DNA from: the human T2T-CHM13v2.0 reference genome, Homo sapiens | Assembly: GCF_009914755.1 (NCBI RefSeq) | Contig: NC_060928.1 | Direction: 5' to 3' (one strand) | DNA length: 64,000 nt | Shown: in pieces, positions 54,124-64,000 of the stretch | Layout: every line of letters starts with the position of its first letter | How positions within the stretch are numbered: position 1 is the first letter of the stretch | Program-made: the position numbers and the translations under genes | The notes under the pieces: generated by a model | Database searches by the model: none | The model's input: only the letters and a program-made list of their open reading frames with translations | What the model was told of the DNA's origin: nothing

Positions 54124-54836
54124 TCAATCTTCATTTTTTTCTCATATTATCAAACTAATTTTAATACCTGCTAAAATTCATACTTAATAGGAAGACAATC
54201 TATAATTAAAATCGTCCCTGTTGATTGGAAAGCAAAGACTTATTGACACTGAATTTCCGATGTCTTGTATAGCGCTAGGCACAGAATGGCATTCAGTGTT
54301 TTGGAAATGAGTGAATGAATGGTCTGCCTCTTGTCTTTGATAACACTGACTAACATGTTAGGCAGAAACAGGCATCCATCTTTATTTTAAAATAAGCTCA
54401 AAGTCATAACACATGGCAATATATGCTACACTTTCCACAAATTCATATTGATTACATTTACTTTTGCAAAAAATGAAAGCACAGTCTATGAAGGCAGCTT
54501 ATCACTCCCTTTTCTGCATTCCCACAGTAGGATGTAGCCCCTTCTGCTATTAAAGAAAGCAAAACTTATACCGTGATTTCCTTTTGCTTCCCACACTGGA
54601 CAGTAACCTTCAGATTGCCTACATTATGTTAGACCCCAAGAACACAGTGCAGAGCCACACACGCAGTGGGCACTAAAAGTCTGACACATACGTGAGCAGG
54701 ATGGGTAGATGGATGGCTTAATAAGTAGAAGCAGTATCTTTTTAACAGCCATTTTACACTCAACCAAATAATCTACTTACCGAGCAGGAGATTATATCAT
54801 ATGGGAAATAAGGACATATAGAAAACCAAGTGACAC

Positions 54837-55131
<295 letters not shown>

Positions 55132-56583
55132 CCCGAGTGACAATTTCAAAGAGGCATGGGATATGGATTTAAAAAGAAGCATGAAAGTTAACTCTCAAAA
55201 AGGCTCCTGAATAACAGGATTTTTTTCCTAGATTCAACATTACCCAAAAGGAAAAAAATTTAAATTAGTCAGTTAATTATGTTTTAAATATCAGTTACTT
55301 CTGAAATATCTATCAAAAAAGCAATTCTTATCTTAAACAATCATGAAATTTCAGGTATGGTAGTCTCTGGAGATGTGTGAGGAGAGAAGACTTCATAAAG
55401 CACTTTGAAGTCACCCCAAATGTGCCTACCTAAATGTTTCAAGATTATTCAATTTACAGACTGGCTAGCAAAGGCACAGTCTCCCATGACAGGTCTCGGC
55501 CTTTCTTCCCCCCAGAGATATACATGATATAACATTCACTTCTACGAAACACTAGGATAAACAAATCCAGATTCTAATGAACCACTATAAAAAAAAATGT
55601 TCAGGGAAATACACACATATGTAATTTCCACTGTGATTAAAGACTTATCAGTAAGATCAAGCAACTGCAATTTATACAAAATGCCCACCATGACAGTTGC
55701 AGCTCCATCCCTTCATGTCAGAATGCAAGTGAAAGTAGCATTTTAGGGTTGAACGTAAATCCACTCTCGTTTATACGTAGATATCTTAAAATAAGTCATC
55801 TGCAAACTTCTTTAGGTTATCAGTAGCTGTTAATACCTCACAGCTGAGTTTAACACAACACTGTGTTGACACCATAGTTGGAAGCCACTGGTCTCCTTCA
55901 TATCTCAGTGAAACTGAAACTAGTTATCAAATTACAACCAATTTTACTACATTTGCCAAATTCAATGGCGTTAGGAGCAGACAATCTTCAAAGATTAGGC
56001 ACAAGTGAAAGCAAGCAGAAGAGGCAGGTTTGGCTCTGGTCAAGTGAGGTGCTGAGCTAGCTGTCTTTGTGGCATGATTTGAAAAGCAAATAAAGGGGGC
56101 ATGGCCTGTCTCTCAATAGCCCCACTATCACCACATGGTGCTATGCTTTCATCCTGTCTTTATTACTTGCCTGTATTATAAATGAAAGGTGAGAGCAATG
56201 CCTTTAGAAAGTCACTGTTAAAACGCGTCTGCTATCTAGGTTTTACAGACTTCTACTTATAGACCAGATTAGGCGTTTGACAACTTGAAACTGCCTAAGT
56301 TCTGGGAAAAAATAACAAGGGAATTTCAATGGGAAAGGCATGAGAACTAAGAGCATCATGACTGGCAATCCTCACCCTCCCAAAGGGTATCTCGGGATGC
56401 TAAACTGGGCCCACCTATGAAAGACTTCTGAGTTCCAAGTTGGCATGAGGACACAGAAGGGCAAGCAAGAGTACCAAGGAAGAGAGCACAAGATGCTGGA
56501 GGTTCCATGGAAGAAGTCAGTCAAGATCAACCTTTGTTCACTTCTCCATTTTCAAGGGACTCCAATAGACTGACCTGGATTTA

Positions 56584-57287
<704 letters not shown>

Positions 57288-59149
57288 GAAAGCTGTTTTT
57301 AATAGCAAATGAGCTCTCTGGAGGCAAACAGGTAAGACTTATTCTATGGAATTCTGTAGGACAATGCTAAGAACAAGTAATATATATTCAAAGCATCAGA
57401 TTGTAATCAAGAATAAGAAAATATTTCTTCAAAGCAGACTTGTCCAGGATGGAGTGAGAGGTATATGGAATAGGGAGCTGCCTCTCACTAGATGTGTACA
57501 TGCAGGGGCGGGATTCTATCCATCAGAGAGGCTGGAGAGGGAGTTCCACATTAGAGATAGCCTAAGCTAGAATTCTGGTGTACCTTCCAATTCTGGGAGT
57601 CTCATTTGTAGGCCTAAATTCAGGCATGAGCAAGTGTAAGAGATCAAAGGTCTCCCCTACATCCCCCAATCCTTCTCCCCAGCAAATAGAGGGTTCTGAG
57701 CCAGACAGAAAATTAGATTTCCATGGTTCCTTCCAGCTTCAAAATGCCATAATTTTAGGCTTAGACTATTCTTCAGCACACATAAAGTTCACATTTACAA
57801 CAAAAATAAATAAGAATCATCTATTCTCTCCATTCAGAAGATTCCCATAAACCATCCCAATGTTAAATGCCCCTAACTGGTTAAATTTTTTTAAAAATCA
57901 CCTAATTCTCTGATGCTTCTAAATATTTTCTCTTCTTTAGTTGACTGGGGTGATGAACAACTTCTGAGTATGATCCACTACAGAAAGAGACTTTCTAATA
58001 TTTGAAGCCTCTAGTTAAATCACCACTCACCCTTTTTTGTTCAGACTGAATAATCTCTCACTTCCTGTCACAATTTATTTAAAGTCCTTTAATCATCTTG
58101 GGGACTGTTTTGTAAAACATACTCCAAAATTTAACACATCCGTTTCTGGAAGGGCACGTGGAACGAGATAGAGTACTCAGGGAGAATTCTGACCAGAGGC
58201 GAGGACAACAGAGATTCCCTCCTGGTTGCTGAATGCAAATCAACAGAAGCTAACAGTGAGATTTTATGTAGGAAACTATAGTTTCCTTAGTCTTCAACTC
58301 TTTGAAATGAAAGTATTTCTGTGTTAGTGAGACAAAGTATATCCCGGCCCATGTGAGAGACTGGAAATATTCATTCAGAACAAAAATAAAATGGAGCTTG
58401 GAAAGGCCCAGCTGGCTTTCTTTAACCAGAAGTCATACAACCACATCTGGGGTAGCGCAGCTTTAGCGGTCTTCTGTAAGGATGGGACTAAGAGCAAGTG
58501 CCTCACTATACTGCCACTCTGTTGGTGTGGAGTCCAGTACTGAGCTTTTCTAAAAACACTCACCATGCAGACATGCCATCAGGAGAGGTGACTCATGAGC
58601 AGCCTGTACTCGTGATGGGCCTGAAGATTTTTTATTGGTATATACACAGTAAGTTATCACCTATCGGGGTGTACAGTATGTTTTAATCTCTGTTCTAATT
58701 CCTAATCTTATACATTTTTATTCATTTGAATTTGCACATTGTGAAGACTAATATGGGCCTCCCATATGCTTGTCAAATGGCTCTCCCCTCAATTTAGTAT
58801 CATCACCTGTCTTCCTGAGAAAGAAACCATCACTCACCTTTGAGGAAATCAACCTATACACCTTGTGACAATAATCCATTAAAAGTCAAGCACTCCCTAT
58901 GGGAAGGCCACTTCTGCCAGTTATGCTTCTGCATGCTGGCTACCGAGCAAAATCCATATAATGCCAGTTAATAAAATACAGCACTTCAAAAACTCACAGG
59001 AAAACACACTTCTACAAAGACTGGAGCTTACAAGTCAAGACTCATCAGACATTTGTGTACTGATCACGATTTAAGATTGACAAAATTTCAAAACATAAAG
59101 GAACCCCATAATTTAGAAATTTAAATCCATCTTATCCTTTGTTATTTCA

Positions 59150-59440
59150 TTCCTGTAACAACTATGTATCAAATGCCTATTCTACAGCAGGCCCTGTGCT
59201 AGAGCTAAAGACACAAAAGTAGATAGAACTTCTGTCTCTAGGACTTTCCACCTCCTGGGGAGGAGAGGCAGACAAGGAAACAAGTCATCACAGCAACATG
59301 CTCTTATCAAGGTGTCCTCTGTGAGAAGGAAGAGGCTCAATTCCTTTATTCTAAGTGAAGGTGTCAGGAGATGCAGGTCTCAAAGGAGGTAACTTCTGAA
59401 CTGAAGCTCGAAAGAAGAGAACTGAATGATCAGGAGAACA
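59150..59440 (-). mobile_element. L2 fragment
   Basis: CAAATGCCTATTCT..CAGGCCCTGTGCTAGAG...TGAACTGAAGCTCGAAAGA. Confidence 0.6.
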
Positions 59441-61879
59441 TTTGTTATCCCAATAATCAGGCCCAGCAGAACAGGAATGTGTGTAACTTTAATAGCATTA
59501 AATATACATGAACCAACAATGCCAGATTTATCATTTTTTAAAATCAAATTCCTTTGTAAAAAGCAAACAAAAAATAAAACAAACTTGAATTCCTGACTCA
59601 GGTTCCATCTTTTTAAGAATATATCTTGCTTTTAATTTAACTTGATAAAACAGCATAACTTACAAGATGTTTTAAAAACAAATGTCAACGGATGGCTCAA
59701 AGCCCACTTGTGAGAATCTAAGGAGACAGCAGCGTTAGTGCCACCTTTTTCTTAACTTTTCATAGCCCATGTATCTTTCCACTGGATGGCATCCAATGAC
59801 ATTTTGGGGGCCAGAGAAGGGAAGGAGGTCATGTTGGAGAAGGCAGCATTTCTGGATTACAGAAGCATTATAGGAAATGATATATTGAGATGTAAACAGG
59901 GAAAGAGGTTTTTTCCAATTTGTTCTTTTTCATGAAATTTACCAGGTCATTTTATCTTCAAGTCCAAATCTAGACAATAACTAAAATACACAAATCATCC
60001 AATAATCAAACACTCAGTGATTAACATATTTTTTCTCATTTGTCAGAAATTGACCAGCCTAAAGGGGAATACAATAAAAACTGAAAGACAGCTGTCAGGT
60101 TCAAGCAAATAAATTAAATTGAATAGAACTTAGCCTTTTACATTCAGCAGGGACAAAGTGAGTTCAAGTGACCGAACAGAACAGCTCTCATTCTAATTGT
60201 GTAACCTTATTAATGCCTCCTTCTCATACTCCATGCCCTGATTGGGCTGGAGAAAGAAGCACTCCAATTCGCCAGTCACCATACAGAACCAGTTACAAAT
60301 GGAACTTAATATAATACACTCAAAATAAAAACAATTTAGAAGGCTTCAGGAGGCACATGAGAATTTTACAATATCCATCTCATTCAAAAGAATTTATTCA
60401 GTGCATTTAATAAGCAAGGCATTGAGCTAGGGACCAATAAGACAATGACCATTTTTTCCAAACTAAAACTCTGAATACAAATATTAACAATTTTATGCAA
60501 CTTCCAAGTATATGCAGCAACCAAGACACATAGTTTAGACACTGACATACTAGAATTTCCAAAACATTCTGATATTACATAGAAAGAACTGGACATTTTA
60601 AATAAAAACTACTACTAATTCTTCCCCAAAGAAAGGAAAACTGGGACAATAAAATCACCACAGAAAGACTCTAAGTCTAAGAATCTTAGAGCTGATGAAA
60701 ATTTTTTTAATTTAGCTCCATATAAATAAAACTCTCTCTTTGAACATCAACCATCATTCTTCCGGTTTCACAGTTGTCAAAAGTACCTGAAATTGACAAA
60801 CATTGTAAACTAGTATGTCATAATATTGAGATAGCTTTTATAAATCCCTGATATCTATTTGTTTCCCTCTTTTGCAGACAGACACAAGCAAAATTTCCAG
60901 TTGCAAGAGACAGAAGTTCACAGACAGGTAGACCATTTTTTAAAATAGAGTCATAGTATATTTTGCTGTGAGACAAAAGCATGGATAAGGAAAACAAAAA
61001 GGACAGCAAAGTTCTATTCCTCTCTATGATGGTCTCAAAAAGAATCTACCTGAATTCCAAAAACATAGCATTTTAATAATTTATTGCCACTTTGTCAGTG
61101 AGGGCTTTTATTTTTTTAATATCTAAAGCTTCCACTACCCGAGTGCATATTTGTTAAAACGGATTTGAGATACCAGCAACTGGGCTAGGTCATAAAGTTG
61201 ATAACCCATCTGATTTAAGCCATTATTCAGAACCCCTAACCATGGAGGAATACACAATTGTTATTTCACTTCTCATATGAAATATAATTGATGGATTCAT
61301 ATAAAAGATGGAATTATTGTAAAATAAAATGATTTTAAAATGCTGAAAATGTCAAGAGTACTAAAGACTTAATTTACAAACTGAAATCCTATTTCATTGC
61401 CTACATCAGTCCTACCTAATGACTGCTTTAAAAATAGGAATGCAACACCTCAGAATCACTGGCTGATATTTTCACCTGAGCCTGCTCTAGAAATTAACAA
61501 AATCATCAAATCTGAAGATTTTGTTTGTCAAACCAGAGCATCAGTGTGGGTCATTAAGTGGAGTTCAGAAAAACAGGCTTAAGACAACATCCTTCAAAAT
61601 GAAAGTAAATAACATTCTTTTGCAGGAGAGTATACTATTCTATTTCTGTGTATATATTTACCTGAACAGAAAGCAATGTTTAACAGTATTTCTTTATAAA
61701 CCTCAGGCCAAGGTCAGACTAAATTATAATATTTATCACCAGAATTTGATGTCTGCTAAAAACAGAAATATAAAAAGCTTCCTCTCCTAATCAAACTATT
61801 TTACATAGTTAATTATTTAGTAAAACAAAATGCGAAATGAAATGTGAAGATATCTTAAATATACCAAAAGAAGTGGCCA

Positions 61880-62001
61880 TTTTCTTTTTTTCTTTTTCTT
61901 TTTTTTTTTTTTTAAGAGATATGGTCTTGCTATGTTGCCCAAGCTTCCACCTCAGCATCCCAAAGTGCTAGGATTATAGGTGTGAGCCACCACACCTGGC
62001 C
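61880..62001 (-). mobile_element. Internally deleted FLAM/Alu monomer
   Basis: T-tract, GGTCTTGCTATGTTGCCCA joined to CCACCTCAGCATCCCAAAGTGCT; TSD-like AGTGGCCATTT / AGTGGCAATTT. Confidence 0.85.
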
Positions 62002-62074
62002 AGTGGCAATTTTCAAAAATGTTTTCAAGCAAGAAAAGCCTCTTTAATAAAGAAAATAATGTGTTTACACTTAC

Positions 62075-62112
62075 CTGTAACCATTCTATCTATTCTGTCT
62101 CCACTTCTTTAA
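62075..62112 (-). other. Candidate 38-nt cryptic or alternative exon
   Basis: Minus strand reads tgacatttatttttatag|TTAAAG...ATGGTTACAG|gtaagt (consensus donor). There is no expression evidence. Confidence 0.3.
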
Positions 62113-62846
62113 CTATAAAAATAAATGTCATCATAAGCTACTCTTGACCCAAGGCACTCATGGCTTTCAATGCTAATGGTTCTGACTATTCTCAGGTGAC
62201 CAGAAAATACATAACACGTGTCATTTCTAATTCTGTGTTAGCAGTGACTGAATCGCCATTACCAGGCAGTGGACAAAGTGTTAACCACACACTCCCCATT
62301 TCCCATTTGATTATCCTTCGGTCCTCACAAGTTGACAGTGGATACAATTACTCCCCTTTTATGTATAGAGAAAGTTAGCCTGTGAAGTTATAACATATAC
62401 CAGTGGAATTACAGAAAGCTGAAGTTCAAGGTCTCACCATATCCCTCTTGTATATCAAGAGACTGCTACATCAGAAAGTTGCTGGAAAAAAATTGACAAA
62501 ATGATTTTTAGTAATTATCAAAATTCTATATCATGAATCACCACCATTCTTCATAGTTCTAGAAGTATTCAAAATGGTAATTTAACCATATTTGCTAAAA
62601 GGAGAGTGAGTATCTGCAAAAATGCTGTTTTCCAATGAGGTCACCCTAAATGGATTCTTTATTTGGTGTCATAATTAGTTTCAAATTTACACATAGCTGA
62701 CACAAAAAAAGATAAGGAAAAGCATGAGAGGCCAATTACAAAAGTTATAAATGAATGGTCTATCAAAATTATATTTCATCTCGCTAAAATTACAAATAAA
62801 ACAAAGAGACAAATAGATTTTAAAAGGCATATTTTTAAACAAATCT

Positions 62847-63370
62847 TAGAGTAAACCTCATTAATTAGATTCTAGATGTTAATTTTTTCCTATTTTAACT
62901 GGATGTCTTAAGATAAACTGTCCATTTAAAATAAGGGTTCTATCCCACACTTCTCAGAAAAACTATTATCTTCAAAATGTTGATTATTCTAATTGATGGC
63001 ATTTTAGAATCACTGGAATTCCCCTGAATCCCAGTCTCAATTGTTGCATTAATCATTAAATTTACTGAATGTTTTTACAACAATGCACTTGTGTTATATT
63101 CACTTTATAATAGTCCCAAAAGGAAATGTTAATAAATAGACCAACCTAACTCGTAACGAACAGGATGAATTTGCATACTGTTCACTAAGTATTGAAAAGA
63201 ATTTGTTCTCTTGGTATATTAACAATGCTGGAACTATGTTGTTTATACTTTTTGGTTATCGGACCCCTTTCTTCACATCCAATGCTGATGTAAACTTCAG
63301 CCAACAAACACTGGTGTTTTTTCACAATAAATTTAAATTCATGATATTGAATTAATAAAGTTTCACTATA
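62847..63370. mobile_element. Possible ancient Tigger-type element defined by degenerate TIRs
   Basis: TA-GAGTAAACCTCATTAATT at the left; the reverse complement of the right end reads TA-TAGTGAAACTTTATTAATT. Confidence 0.35.
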
Positions 63371-64000
63371 CTCAAATTGAAAACCAGATACATGAAACTC
63401 AACTGATGGTAACAAAATGTCAGTAAAATAAATTCACAAGCTCTTCCTGGAACACCACAAATAAATGACATTATTTACTACTCTGTTGCATCAAGGTCTA
63501 AACACGACAGTTACTACGAATGTGACATATTTGTTTTCTTTTTAAGTAGTATTATCAGTCTCACCCAGCTAGAAATACTAGTGGCTGGAATCCTTATTTA
63601 CTTAATAATACTTAACTAGCATCTTCTTGCTTCTATGATCTTAGCATCTTTCAGAATTCTCCTATGTGTACTCTGTCTACATGAAGTACGTAAGCTGGCA
63701 ATACACCTGAAAAACAGCTCATTCTCTATGGCCAAAAGCAACCTTACACAAAGCACAACAACGCATTATCTATAGTTTCTGAGAGATTCCACAAAACTCT
63801 TCTCAGAAATTTATCCCTCAACAGCCTCCCATAGTTTCTAAAATTTCTACCATTACCATCGGTTTGAGTTAAGGTAGAAGTCCCATCACAAAATACTTGG
63901 AGATGGGAACAGAGGGAAGGTAGGTTAAGAGATTTAACAAAGCCAAATACTCATTATCACATAGGGTTTAATTTCCTCTAAGTATTTTTAACTATCACAT

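Noticed and set aside
63185-63415. 76-aa minus-strand ORF as a coding exon
   Set aside because: It starts at TTG, has no similarity I recognise and no convincing splice sites, and overlaps a probable old Tigger-like remnant.

Overview
Human (primate) genomic DNA, AT-rich and about half interspersed repeats. It contains a human-specific AluYb8 and no credible protein-coding exon. The anchor is a near-perfect fold-back inside a Tigger1 DNA transposon (51011-51097). Its minus-strand arm reads AGGAUGAGCAAAGAAAGUAGAUU, which I recognise as hsa-miR-1255a. From recall, not a search, MIR1255A lies in the very long first intron of PPP3CA (calcineurin A alpha, chr4q24, minus strand). The whole window is therefore most likely PPP3CA intron 1, with exon 1 a few kb beyond the right edge. 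The supplied ORFs are almost all Alu, microsatellite or chance ORFs; the only protein-like ones are decayed Tigger1 transposase fragments. I found no evidence of a new multi-gene system. Best leads: (1) the template-switch origin of the miR-1255a hairpin; (2) a 38-nt candidate exon with a strong-Kozak ATG in the phase of PPP3CA exon 2; (3) a 109-bp non-repeat direct duplication 1741 bp apart that ends in Alu-like microhomology; (4) a (GGAA)16 microsatellite; (5) an AluYb8 with a perfect 16-bp TSD; (6) several cryptic splice-site pairs; (7) a CCAAT/CRE/TATA promoter-like module antisense to the host. Repeat family names come from remembered consensus sequences, and boundaries of old repeats are approximate.
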